DNA from: Tubulanus polymorphus
Lineage: Eukaryota; Animalia; Nemertea
Length of the DNA: 64,000 bases
Reading direction: 5' to 3'
Assembly (NCBI RefSeq): GCF_964204645.1
Contig: NC_134025.1
Span: 8,122,001-8,186,000 of the forward strand
Made by a program: the position numbers and the translations under genes
Shown: in pieces, positions 24,401-38,189 of the stretch
Layout of the letters: each line of letters opens with the position of its first letter
How positions within the stretch are numbered: the stretch's first letter is position 1
The notes under the pieces: model-generated
What the model saw: the letters and a program-made list of their open reading frames with translations, nothing else
Databases searched by the model: none
Told to the model about the DNA's origin: nothing

Positions 24401-27400
24401 ATCGTCACGATGTGTTGTAATGCACGTCGACGTGCTTTTTTACCGGACAAATTGGATAAAGATCCCCTGTGACTACCCGATCTACAATTTCGGTTTTGTT
24501 TGTAAGAAACCTCATTCACCAGCAAAAACCAGGTGGAGCCGTTCTGTGTTTTCAAAAACGAAAGGAGAATACAATAATACCGCTGCTCATCAAACACTTA
24601 AAAGCGATGAGAATAACAAAAAAAGTATTTACTCGTCATTAACTCCAATGACGTCATATTGTCCTAACGGCTGGACATACGTGAATGAAAATGTTTGTTG
24701 GATGCTCATTTCAGGTCTCGGTAATTTAGATAGTAAGTATTCATACGAGAATGCTGTAAATGACTGTTATCCATATGCGCTGCAAGATGAATCTGACATC
24801 GACCCTCATGTACTTAACGATATGCTGAAAATATGGATGCATAGACCAGAATATGGAACCATTTACTTGAGGCAAAATCATGACGGACGAAAAAAGATTA
24901 TCGTCGGAAAGTATTCGAGATACCCAAAAACGTACAGAGATCAAGATACATCCATTTCGAAATTCAGACAAGTTGATTATCATATCGCCATTCATGAAAA
25001 AGCATTAGCACGGAATGTGCTTTGTAAGTCTGTACCATTTCGTCGCAGAACGTTTTCATGCAGCAATGGCCAATTCATGTGCGGAGATGGAACATGTATT
25101 GCCGACGTTCACGTTTGTGACAGAGTTTCCAATTGCGCTGATCAGTCGGACGAAATGGATTGCACCGATATAAGTAGTAACGCTAACGGACTCTTCACTT
25201 GCAACAATGGCCAAACAATATCAATATCTCGTTACTGCGACTTTCGCTCTGATTGCCTTGATCACTCGGATGAAACAAGATGTATTACGGGATCTTGTGA
25301 GAGTGGGGAACAGCCGTGTCGAAACGGACAATGCGTCTCAAACAGTAAGTGGTGTGATTTTGTCAAAGACTGCATCGATGGAACTGATGAAATTGAAAGC
25401 CACTGTCAGAGTGATTGTAAGAATGGATTTAAATGCTATTCGGGTCTGTGTATTCCACTTTGGAAATATAAAGATGGTATATCTGACTGTCCAGGTACTT
25501 ACGGTGAAGATGAAGATCTAACGTTGGCAGATATGATACGCGGGACATTTGAGTTTACCCTATCATCAGGAATTGTCACCCAAAAGAGCACTGATCCATT
25601 TTGTAAGAAAATTTCAGATGTCCGGTGTGTGTTTGATCGCCCCAGTTGTATACCTAGACACAGAACGTGTATCTTGGACGACAACAATACGTGTCGAGAG
25701 ATGTTCCATCTCCAATCATGCCAGAATTTCACCTGTCCCGGAATGCTGAAATGCCCTGAAAGTTACTGCATCCCAGTGCGAAAGGTATGCGACGGAGTCT
25801 GGGATTGTAAAAACGGTTACGATGAAATGGATTGCGAGCACGGATTATGCCCCGGTAATTTCTACTGCCCTGAAGAAAGAATATGTATCTCGCAAGAAGA
25901 AGTATGCGACGGTGTAGTGCACTGTAAAAAATCATTTGACGATGAGAGATATTGCGGTAATACATGTGCGGATGGCTGCCATTGCTTTGGTTATGCTGTC
26001 AACTGTGGCTCAAGTCCACAAAACAGCACTGGTTGGATTAGCAAAAGCACACGATTCTTAAATCTTTCTTACAGCCGTATTACTTTAGATAACGAAACGT
26101 TTAAATCTTTTTATCGTTTGGGACACCTCGCCCTCAGCCACAACAGAATATCTGAGATCGGTTCGAAAACATTTTCCGATCTTGTTAATTTACTGACTCT
26201 TGACCTCAGTAACAACGAGATACAATTCATTGATACCGAGATTCTTGAAGGACTTTCAAGACTTCAGTTTATTCACCTGGCGGGTAATCCACTTTCACGC
26301 CTCAAACCAATGGCGTTTCAGTACTTGTCGTCGGTCCAATCATTTTCTATCAATGAAATGTACAGACTAAATTCGATACCTCAAAATGCTTTCTTTGGGA
26401 TGATTTCATTAGAAAAATTAGACATAAGCGTAAATTCTATCAAAACTATATCCGATCACGCATTTTCTGGTCTTATACATTTAAGGGTTCTCAATGTAAC
26501 TAAAAATCAACTCGAGCCGATATCACCAAACGTATTTCATAATTTATCCTTGGAGGAGCTCTACACCGATGCCTTCAAATTTTGTTGCATTGCAAACAAA
26601 TACGAACAACACGCGCAATCGTGTTCCCCCGATCCAGACGAGTTTTCCTCTTGTTCTGATTTATTAGATAAACTTCCTTTACAGGTCGGTGTTTGGGTAC
26701 TTGGTGTAATGGCTGTTTTTGGAAATTTATTTGTCATTGGATATCGGTGCCGGGGAGAGAAAAATAACGTTACCAATTATTTGGTATTGACACTGGCAAT
26801 ATCAGACTTTTTTATGGGTGTCTACCTAATTATCATTGCTAGTATGGACACCATATATAGGGGAGAATATATTACTTACGAGGATATTTGGAGGAACAGC
26901 TTACTTTGTAAATTTGCTGGAGTCCTGTCAGTTGTTTCTAGTCAGATGTCGGTATACACTATGCTGTTGGTGACAGTTGACAGGTTCATCGCTATCGTCT
27001 TCTTTCTGAAGCCACAGTTTCGGGTATCCATGAAACGTGCATTTACGTGTACATCAGTTGGCTGGATTATCTGGATCCTAATAGCCATTATTCCTCTTAC
27101 AGAACCGTATTTAGGTGGTTCGTACTTTGGCAATTATTACGGACGAAATGGAGTGTGTTTGCCATTTACAATTAGCAAGGGAGATGAGCTCGCAAAGGAG
27201 TATTCTTTGGCGCTACTCCTTTTTAATCTAGTTACATTTATGTTAATTGCATTTTGTTATATAGCAATCTACCACGTGTACCGCGTTTCGGAAAATAAGA
27301 TGGCGGAATGTAAAAGCCGCACCAAATCTAACGAAATGACTTTGGTCAAAAAGCTTATTTTGATATTAATGACGGACTTAATATGCTGGTTCCCGATTGT

Positions 27401-27641
27401 GATTACTAAACTGATGGCGATTAACGGAACTTTCATTAACCCGGAAGCGGCAGCCGTCATGGCGGTTGTCATTCTTCCATTTAATTCTTCGTTGAATCCA
27501 TTCCTTTACACATTCTCCGCTATTCGAGCAGCGAGGTTAAACAAACAGGTGCAGAGAAAATCAAGAAGCTCAATTTCTATGGCAACGATCTCGGGATCTC
27601 AGGTGACAGTTACTACTACAAGTCAGGGGCCAGTTGCATAG
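21437..27641 (+). CDS. GRL101-like LGR, copy 2, about 2022 aa; exons 21437-24091 and 24228-27641
   Basis: Same architecture as copy 1 with both exons open. The intron GAT|GTACGT..TTTTAG|GTT is 136 nt and contains a (TAATGATGA)n expansion. Confidence 0.92.
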
Positions 27642-27764
27642 TCATGGCTTAGATTTAAGACTGGTCTAATACCAATTTAGTTCTATACTCAATCTAACAA
27701 CTTAAGACCAGTCTCAAGATTTAAGACCAATTTTGGACTTAAGTCAAGACTGTGCAACTGGGCC
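27627..27764. mobile_element. 138-bp MITE (Harbinger-like, CAG TSD) overlapping the last four codons and stop of LGR copy 2
   Basis: TIR GGGCCAGTTGCATAGTCATGGCTTA / TAAGTCAAGACTGTGCAACTGGGCC; CAG at 27624-27626 and 27765-27767. Confidence 0.9.
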
Positions 27765-28131
27765 CAGTAGTTAAAGATTCCGTTAAAGATTCCGTTTATT
27801 ATCGAAATGATGGCCTATATCATTATCTATATATGTTTGTCGAGGAGACGTTTTTTTTTCATGAAGTAGGTTAAAATGTTGAGATAATTATAAAAAGGCT
27901 TATCGAGTAACCATAACGCAATCATTACCTTTGATCAAATATATTCTATCCTTATTATAATTGTTTGATTTATCCTTGTAACGATTCTGTGTAAATTCAA
28001 CATTGTATTATGTAAACAATATACGTCGCGTGATATAAAAACATGTTTTTCCATCATCTTTCTATCGGTAAATATTATCTCAGTTCTTGCACAACTGGTC
28101 ACGTTGATCTAACCTACGAGCAATCATCTTA

Positions 28132-28549
28132 AGCCCGGCGCACACCTTTGCGATTGATCGTATGATCCTTTCATCGCATGGTTTTATCGCATCATCGTAA
28201 AGGTATGCGGTGGCATCCGGAGCCGATTTCATCGCATCATCGCTTCATCGCAACAAATCAAACTTGTTTGATATTTTGCATGCGATTTTTCCGTGCGATG
28301 AAAATCGTAAAGGTGTGCGGGCTACGCTGTCGATGTTCAGAACGAACATTTTTAGTAGCCAATCGGAATTAACGATGAAGCAATCACGGGATGTTCAAAA
28401 TGGCGGCTCAGTCACGTGATTGAATCCAACTCGAGGCCCTCATAAAAAATCGCAAAGGTATGCGGGAATGATGCGATTTTCGTCGTGTCATCGTGTCATC
28501 GCATGCGATGATACGATGACACGATGATCGCAAAGGTGTGCGCCCGGCT
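28132..28549. mobile_element. 418-bp PIF/Harbinger (Tourist-like) MITE
   Basis: TIR AGCCCGGCGCACACCTTTGCGAT / ATCGCAAAGGTGTGCGCCCGGCT with 1 mismatch; TTA TSD at 28129-28131 and 28550-28552; internal repeats of AAAGGTRTGCGG. Confidence 0.92.
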
Positions 28550-28749
28550 TTAGATAATTGCTCGTAGATCTAACACAGTTGAATGAGTGAATCCAGTTGA
28601 CGATAGACCTTCTTTTGCAGGATATGATGTATCCTTTGAATAGTGGAATTGTAACTTTCTAGAATCGTAGAAAAGATGACACAATTCAATATCAGACTAG
28701 GGTGTTGCGTCTGTGTATAAAAATGCTACGTATATTTTTGTATCTGTGA

Positions 28750-30840
28750 ACATACAAGACATATTAACTTGTGAAGAGAATTCAGCCAGTCAAATGGAAG
28801 ACTTGATGGTTAATAGGGGAGGGTTTGCTACTCGGCCATGTTAGGTGTTGTAGGTATTAGCTTGTTGCCATGAACTATTTAAAACAATCTAAAGCATATA
28901 TTGCGAAGTTGCACTGAAACCAAATGGTATCATACCATTGTAACAAGGAGTGTTAAAATTAAATATGTGCGCTTTCCTTTTCTAATGAGGAGACCCTCAT
29001 AATCTCTGGAATTTCCTGCTGAAATGTTAAGCAATCCTTCTCCAACTTAAGTTTTAAGTCTTCTCTGAAACAGGCATTCGGGTGATTCTCCGCAATTAAT
29101 GAATTAAGCTTTCTATTAAGAAATGTATTGTCGTTCATGAGATATATCGTTAGATTTGTAGATTATGTGATTCGGGCCAAAATTGAAGATGAGCAACACT
29201 TTACCCCCCGATGTAAATTTTATGATACCGAAAGGAATAATTTTTTGAGCTCGCTCCGAGTAATTATCCCCATTGACAATATTTCCGACGATGAACTTTT
29301 CGTCCTTCTGATGTCCTACGGCAATGACTTTGAGATATGTAACCTTTTCTGTAGCTATGTACAGCGAATAACAGATATAAGAAACGGGTCTTTTTGTTAA
29401 CTACAGGTCTCACAATCATGGGGTGGGAGCACGTGGTGTTGTAGTGCAGATTTTTGACCGCGGGAGTTATGTCGTGAGTTTTCTTTTTTTTGTCGGCCTC
29501 GTGATTGTGGGACCTTAGCTCTTTTTATACTTAACATGATAGGCTACTGTGCTGCCGTCCCTTCGATTCTATTATTTTGTTCTTTTATCCTTTCCACATT
29601 GTTTTTACTTTATTGACTTTATTGACTTCACACTCGAATGTTTTTTATTGTAAGATTTTAGAGTTCAATAAAGTTCTATTCTAATCTATTCTATTCTATA
29701 TTGAATATTCAACAATTGATCTAACTGTTGAAGTACACATTATGGAAATTAACTAATTAATGTACATTCTATGTGTACTACATATTGACAGAAACCGTTC
29801 ACTTAAATGGCAATCTAATTTCATTCAATTTCATTTAAATGAAACGTGATTCGGGCATTTCTAATGCATCAAATTATTTGGGCCGACACATCAATGAATA
29901 AATACTGTAATGATTATTCTTAGTGCTCATTGCCCACGCATCAACCTGTGGTTACCAACCATCATTGCAAGTGAAGCAACTTTGTATTCAGCCCGTGTGG
30001 CATTGAGTTGCGGAGATTTCGACTGTGTGCATCAAAATATTCAGGGGGGTATATGGTTACCATGCATATATACCACACGTACCTTCCGTTTATGTGAAAT
30101 GAAGGAAGCTGGTGGAAAATTCCAACGACCTTGACAATCTCACCAGTTCTGTAATGATATTAACCACCATCAGTAGTGACAATCAGTTCGTACATTAAAT
30201 GTAAATTAATGAGAAATTTTCTCCTTCACTTACCTGAAAATGAAGAAAATGATAACAGAATATTTTGCAGCTAATAAAATATGAATGAAAAAACCCTAGA
30301 TTTTGAAAACAACGTCTCGGATGCGTTATATAATCTGGGATGGTAGTTTTACAAAATATTTGCTCGTTTGTAAGAAAAACCCTTTCCGATGTCAGGCTAT
30401 ATTACCTCGTGTAAAAGTAACGTTGAGCTTTGTAAGTGCACTGAATCAAATGGCATAAATTCGAAGACTACCCCAAACGGGGCTGCGGAACATCCGTACA
30501 TGTAAGAATACATATGCACATGACCAAAGTAGTCCTAACGTATATTTTCTATTTCCTGTTCCAAAGGACCCGAACCATGTATCTGGATGACCTGCAGCGT
30601 TGGCCATATCCTCGGGAAAATAGAAGTAAAGTCTCCCAGTAAGACATTTCGTAGTTCTACAGCCCGGGCTGGATTCGGAGGTAGACCGTTTTCGAGTTGT
30701 TTCTTTGCTTCCGATGAAATCTGCTCCGAAGCGGCGTAATGTAGTTTATAAAATCCATGTCTCTCCGTACGATAGGAACGACTGTGAATGCAACATAATA
30801 CAACAGGCAAAATGTATATGTAACCATGCGAAACGAAGTT
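28750..30840 (-). pseudogene. GH3-domain gene 3' fragment (pseudogene) co-duplicated with the LGR
   Basis: Collinear with 43340-45390 including introns, with deletions and an inserted LINE end. SSEAKKQLENGL..ARAVELRN..IFPRIWPTLQVIQI is retained. Confidence 0.88.
29152..29700 (+). mobile_element. 5'-truncated 3' end of an RTE-X-like LINE
   Basis: KIEDEQHF..C.FY..ER is a zinc-knuckle remnant; AATAAA at about 29667 is followed by a (TTCTA)n tail. Absent from the paralogous site at about 43710. Confidence 0.8.
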
Positions 30841-30841
30841 T

Positions 30842-31006
30842 GATGTTTTAAAAAAGTTGAAGAACAATCCTTTGATTTTGATATTGCTTTCCAACTGTAG
30901 TATGGTTTTACCTACTTTAACTTTCGGTAGCGATGTGTGGGGCTTTGAAAATCTGGTTGAAAGATTGCACCTAATGTTTTGCAAATACTCATTAGATTTA
31001 AAACGA
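30842..31006 (+). mobile_element. Internal RT fragment of an RTE-X-like LINE at a duplication junction
   Basis: MVLPTLTFGSDVWGFENLVERLHLMFCKYSLDLKR matches MVGSILTFGSEIWGFSNLDAIEKIHLMFCKYLLKLKR in the LINE at about 8270-8365. Confidence 0.85.
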
Positions 31007-32847
31007 GGGAGATGGGTTTCTACTTTTACCTCCCTATTTTAAAAAAGAGAGGGATAAAAAGCCTTATTCCATATTCCAAAAGTGAGGAGGGCAACCAAGT
31101 TTTTTTCTTTTTAAATGAGGAAATTTTGAATACAATTTGGAGCTAGAAACAGCTAATCCTTTGAGACTTAAACATAAAATACTAGGTTTTATTTGATTGA
31201 ATATCAATGTTAACAAACTTTATCTATTCCAAGATAATAACTACATAGAAAAAAACCGGCATTGTTTTTTCATCGTTGAGAAAATTGATAGGCCGACTGT
31301 ATCATCACGTCCGGATATCAATCCGGTGATTTTGAAATAGTATGTAATTGGAGGCATTGTGAGAACGGTTGCCTGTCGAATTGTCAGCTTAGAATGGTTG
31401 CCTGTCTAATCTGGTAGGGTTCCATAGTCTAATCACTTAGATGCTATGATGAACTCGTATCTTTTTAACCACACGTAACATCGACCGTGAGACAAGTATG
31501 ATCAGTTTGTTTTTCGGGATGCACATCTTTATTCTTATTTTCTACTGACGAACTTTTTTGACCCGCGCGTAAAAATGAAACTGATGAGAAACAAGTTATT
31601 TTTTGCGTAACCTTTAAGTCAAATTATTGAAATTCTGGGGAAGCTTGATATTAAAAAGAGACGTTATTTCTAAAAATATGTATCGTGTTTTGTACGACTC
31701 TATTGTAACATCAGGAACGTGAAATGGGTTCTATTTGTGAAAAAACCCCTAGATAACTGCGGCCTTGAACATATCTGGTATTATCCATACTTTCGAAAAG
31801 TAGATTATCTCGGCTGCTGTAGTTAACAGAGACTGCGTGACCAATTTATACAGAAATGGCATTCAGAAATAGATATCCAGTGAGTGTAGAACATTCACGA
31901 TAAGAAAAGATTATAAAACCTGACTGGAGCCAGGAAATCTACTTTTCTAAAGCTCTCCACACTTAACTCGATTGTATGTTGCTACGTAAATCTAAATACT
32001 CAAACCACGACCGGTCGTTTCCATGATATTCCAAGGGATGAACGACAAATGCAATATGAACCTCATCGGCGATGAGTCTCCATTTCATTCTAGAATATAA
32101 CCTATTTGAAAATTTAAGATATAAACGCTTACAAGAGATTCTATAGAGCGTCAAAGAAGCAAACAAACTGTTATACCCCAATCCGTCATTCGTCACTGGG
32201 TAGGCGGCGCGCATTGCACCATTGTTTATTGGTTTGTTTTTGTCTTACGTCGTTTGGATCTTGGTTTCCTAGGACTAACCCCTTTGGATTATTCATTTTA
32301 TAACCTCAAGACGGGACAGCATTTGAAGTGTTGCCAGCAGGAATCGAACTCGTTTGCACTATGTTCGTCTATTTCTTCGTCGATTTAAAGGTATCTAATG
32401 ATGGCATAAGCCTTGATATTTTTAATTGGTCGCTTTTATTATCGCGTTCAGTTCATTATTTACACCGAACTCTCTAATGAAAGCTTTCAGCCTGAAATTT
32501 GGTAATTTAAAGAATACCCGAGGTGAAAATGGGTGAAAGTTATTTCATTATATCTCCGTTATACCGATGAATGTTATTTCTGTCTCATCAAAATCCCGTC
32601 CAATTTGATCATAAAATAGTCGCACTCAGACCAGGAGAGCCCACAAATTTAGAAGATTAAAATCAAGTCAATTTGCTTATCTATAAGTCATTCATTAAAC
32701 ATTAAAACAACATGAAACATTAAACATAAGAATTTATTTACTTTGCTTCAGCAAAATAATGTCCGGTGATTTCCCATCATATTCGCCATAAACAAATCTA
32801 AAAAATTTGCCGCGGTTCCAATAATGAGAATTTATTTTAGAGATTTC

Positions 32848-33351
32848 TGTCCTGACTGGTAAACCATATATGAACAACGAAGAACGTGACGTGTTTCAGT
32901 GAGCAATATAGTATGAGTGGACACTCAGATTTATTCTGTACACAATTTATAGCTGATCAGTTCCATGGTAGTACCATAAGTACTGACAGGTACTGATATT
33001 CATTCGTGATTTGTACTGTAGAAACAGTATGAGATATTCGAATTATTTAGCAAAAGAAGTTTGAAGCGTATTTCCTTGCCAAATAAAAATAAAGATGTTT
33101 AAATTTCAAAATGTCTGACTTTAACGCCCCCTGTAGCCCAAAAAACGAAAAAATTGTAAAAGGCATCCACTACACATAATAGCCCACATACTCTGCTATC
33201 AAATGAGCCCGGTTGCCAAGCTGTAACAAAAAATGACGTGATCGTCGAATTTTGGGATAGTTTTTTAAGGTTGGCTGGCTGACTACATAATACATGTATT
33301 GAATGCCATGGATTACTGATAATATTAATACCAGTGACACGAGTCGCGACA
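32848..33351. mobile_element. 504-bp insertion with TG..CA termini and a 5-bp TSD (solo LTR or non-autonomous element)
   Basis: ATTTC|TGTCCTGACT..AGTCGCGACA|ATTTC. The empty site GAGATTTCTATG is present upstream of copies 1 and 2 (about 10915 and 20785). Class uncertain. Confidence 0.75.
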
Positions 33352-36300
33352 ATTTCTATGGTAACGCACTGTTTAGGCGGTTTGTGATTGATACGCCTAG
33401 CGCTACATGCATATTTGATGAATGTTGTCATTCGCCTTGTCAAATAATTTACAATCGCATCGTTTTGATAATGTTTATAAAGTCAAGTTGGCCGAACGTA
33501 CGGGAATGGAACGTCACGACGTAAGCAAAGCTTTCATTCTAATTAATCGTTGACTATTACGTAGGCCAAATTCTTTTTCTTTTCCGAATTGTTCACTTCT
33601 TTGTGAATTTTTCCATCATCACTTCCTGAAGATTGATTTATTGAATTATCAATTTGTTTGAATTATTGAAATGATAAGTGATGGGGTTTTCTTCAATTCA
33701 GCGGGGTTAAAAATGTGAAAATGAACACCTTGGCACAGATGCCGACGACTTCAGCTTCAATCTCTTTGCCATTTATCATCTTTCAGATAAATTAAACAAC
33801 GTTAGAACAGAATCCAGACGCAACGCACAAAAAGCGAAGACATCTGATCATTATTTTGGCATTCTTCGTTTATAATAATACTTCGCTGCTAAACGTACGG
33901 AGCGCCGAAATGGGATATCCTATAAAGTTTTTGATGGTGATAGCTTTCTCAGGAATTTTGACTTTTCACGCTACAAAAGGTATTTTGCGGAAGGAAGAAA
34001 ATGGTTTTCTGAAGGTGCCATTCGTCCTTGATAACCAAACGGACAATTCCATACTTATCGAGTTTCCTCCGCCGCTGTTCCACAGTATCAGCAACGACGT
34101 ACAATTAACGCCGGTTGTGGTTGATATTAATTTCAAACAGTCGTCATCTGTTTGCAGAGCGAATTTAAATCTAATTCTCGCCATCATCATAGATAACGAA
34201 TCACTAAGCATGGAAGTATCCAAATTCGTGAATCACGACCCAATTTGTATTTGTTTCAAGGAATCACTTCTCAAGAACATATCTTTTCAAATCATCTCCA
34301 AAGAAAAAGCCGTTTGCGTGGTTTAGGGAATGGCCGTTTTATACTACGACCGATTTGCGTGCTCGAAAGCCAGACTAGAAGAAAGTACACTAGCCGTTTC
34401 AACAGTTTCTGATGGGTTATCAGGCACTTTACAATCACCATGGCATCTATATAAACGATATCCATCATCATTAGATATTGATTATATCTTCCCATCAAGA
34501 ACCGGATTCCATAACCAGTTTTACTGTCTACAATTTGACATTCAGGATACGAGATATTGCAAGGCGGACTCGTTATCCGTTTATGGCGGATGGCAACGTG
34601 AAAACGGTAATCTAATGGGAGTTTACTGCGGTAATATTCAACCCGGAAAAATTAACGTGACCGCTGGTTTGTCGTCGGCTATGTTAATAGTTTTTAAAAG
34701 CGATATCATCGTCAGTGGTCGTGGCTTTTTGTGCGCTTAACAGATTTACGAAGGCAATAAAACATTGTCTACCACTCTCACTAAGGACGTATCTGAATTG
34801 AGTGGCTCATTTGCGTCGAATACATCGGACCCTTTTTATTCGTACGTTTGGCGGATCCATGGGAAATTTGGAAATGTTATCAATATTTTCTGGAATTTCT
34901 CGAATACAACTTCTCAAGACCTCCCGGATATCTACTTAAAGGTAACCGAAGAACCAAAAAATAAGATCATTTACGAGCAGGACAAGCAACATGTGATTGG
35001 TAACATAACATCGATAGGGTATTTTGTCTCGGTCGCACTAACTTTTACGTCTATGAGAAAAGCACCTCTCACTTTGACTTACAGACAGTTCCAAGGTGAT
35101 TGGTGTCAGGGCATTTTTGACAATGTTTCTAGATCAGATATAGTGGCAGCATATTTAAGTATGCACACGTGTTCTAACAAAACAATCTATTCATTGAATA
35201 GAATAAGTACCCATGAAGGGGGAAAAATCCAAATTTTGTTAGATACCGTTCGTCTCACTAGTTTCAATATCAATTGTGAGCAAGGTTTTTTAGTCGATTT
35301 TGGTAATAACACATTTGCTGAACCATTTTGTGTCATGACGCGCGATCCCAGTAGTACACCCGAACATAAACGACGAATACCATTCGTATCCGCAAATAAC
35401 AAAGTCTCCATCGTCTTGTTTTCGTATTCTGACGTCGAAGACCGCGATTTAACGGTAATTGTCGAGTATAATATGCTAGAATGCCAAACACGTCACAATA
35501 GAACACGTAACATCGAAATAATTGGCAGTGTGTGGAGTATACTAGATATAACAGTTCCGTGTTACTCGGCGTTTTGGCATCTAGCGGATGATGATGATAC
35601 CGATGTAAACGGAAATCATACCAACGGAACTGAATCAAACGTAATAAAAATTGATAGATATCATCCGGCCGATATTGATATTCAAACCCAAGGAAGCGGT
35701 TTATTTGTGATATACCTACGTAACATTTTCGATCATATTCAGGCATACTCAGATGGGAATCGTGTCAGCGTGAACACTCCGTCCACCGTTTATATCAAAC
35801 GATTGTACTGCAGCCATCAGCAAACAACCGTGTTACTAACATTGAAAAGGCGCTGCCACACTTTCACCGATCTTCGCGATTCTCAGATTTATCAACTTTG
35901 GACTCTATGTGGTAACATTAGACTAGCGAATTTTGTATTAGGAAGTCGCTTTCCCTATTATTTTTGGGCAATTGCAAACACTAAACGTTTCTGTGAAGAT
36001 ACCGACAAACATTTCATTATCAGATTAGATTCCGTTATTTCTTCTGATGGCGTATCACTGAAAGTTGACGAATGTGTCGGAGCCAAAAAATGTCCGTGTT
36101 ACTTCCCTGCATGTTGCTCTGAAATGAACATTATGCTCATTGATGAGATATATAGAGATCGCGGAGAAAGAGCCATTCGCACCACCGGGCCCACGTTCCG
36201 TGGCATCGTTGAGGGTGAGCCTCATGACAGCGTTTCTAAATTTGTCATGAACTACGATATAGCGAAACAACCAACTCAGCCAATATCCATTCTTCAACAC

Positions 36301-38189
36301 GGAAATTTTTGTCCTGATGGATTTGTGTTCTGGAATAGGTTTTGTTATTTTTTCGATGTAAGCCCTGGACCTAAAATCGATAGCAAAGCGGTTAGAACAT
36401 GGTCAGAAGCCGAAATGTATTGTAATTTAAAAGGAGCAGAGCTTGTAAGCATACTCGATGAAGTTGAATTTGAATTCCTTCACGAAATGTGGCGCGGAGT
36501 TTGGTGGAAAAAATTTCTGCAAATTCGAAATAACCCATGGATTTTTCTAGGACTTCAAAACAAAGTTGATGTACGTATAGATCAACAATTATTAATGAAT
36601 GAAGTAGTAAAGTAGTAACGTAATAATAGTAATAATATGAAATAGACTCAGATTTAAGATGTTGCTTGAATTTTAATATTTCATCATTTTAGGTTAACAA
36701 GTACACGTGGACTGATGGCAATCCATTGACTTATAGCGAATGGTATGAACCATTAAGACGCGCGGTCGATAATTCTGAAGAAATAAAGTTCGCTCCCATT
36801 AACCATGCCTACCTCAAAAAAACGATATTCTTCGATCCTGATTTTTTAGAACCATCAAGGGATTCATCGTCACGATGTGTTGTATTGCACGTCGACGTGC
36901 TTTTTTACCGGACAAATTGGATAAAGATCCCCTGTGACTACCCGAACAACGATTTCGGTGTTGTTTGTAAGAAACCTCATTCCCCAACTAAAACCAGGTG
37001 GAGCCGTTCTGTGTTTTCAAAAACGAAAGAAGAATACAATAATACCGCTGCTCATCAATCACTTAAAAGCGACGAAAATGACAAAAAAAGCATTTACTCG
37101 TCATTAACTCCGATGACATCATATTGTCCTAACGGCTGGACATACGTGAATGAAAATCTTTGTTGGATGCTCATTTCAGGTCTCGGTAATTTAGATAGTA
37201 AGTATTCATACGAGAATGCTGTATATGACTGTTATCCATATGCACTGCAAGATGAATCTGGCATCGACATTCATGTACTTAACGATATGCTGAAAATATG
37301 GATGCATAGGCCAGAATATGGAGCCATTTACTTGAGGCAAACTCACGACGGACGAAAAAAGATTATCGTCGGAAAGTATTCCAGATACCCAAAAACGTAC
37401 AGAGATCAAGAAACATCCATTTTGAAATTCAGACAAGTCGATTATAATATCGCCACTTTTCAAAAAGCATCAGCACGGAATGTGCTTTGTAAGACGGTAC
37501 CATTTCGTCGCAAAACGTTTCCTTGCAGCAATGGCCAATTCATGTGCAGAGATGGAACATGTATTGCCGATGTTCACATTTGTGACAGAGTTTCTAATTG
37601 CGCTGATCAGTCGGACGAAATGGATTGTCCTGATATCGGTAATAACGCTAACGAACTCTTCACTTGCAACAATGGCCAAACAATATCAATATCTCGTTAC
37701 TGCGACTTTCGTTCTGATTGCCTTGATCACTCGGATGAAACAGAATGTATTACGGGATCGTGTGAGAGTGGGGAACAGCCGTGTCGAAACGGACAATGCG
37801 TCTCAAACAGTAAGTGGTGCGATTTTGTGAAAGACTGCATCGATGGAACTGATGAAATTGAAAGCCACTGTCAGAGTAATTGTAAGAATGGATTTAAATG
37901 CTATTCGGGTCTGTGTATTCCACTTTGGAAATATAAAGATGGTATATCTGACTGTTCAGGTACTTACGGTGAAGATGAAGAACTAACGTTAGCAGATATG
38001 ATACGCGGGGATTTTCAGTTTACCCTATCAGCTGGAATTGTCGTCGGAAAGAGCACTGATCCATTTTGCCAGAAAAAGTCAGATGTCCGGTGTGTGTTTG
38101 ATCGTCCCGGTTGTATACCTAGACACAGAACTTGTATCTTGGACGACAACAATACGTGTCGAGAGATTTTCCATCTCCAATCATGCCAG

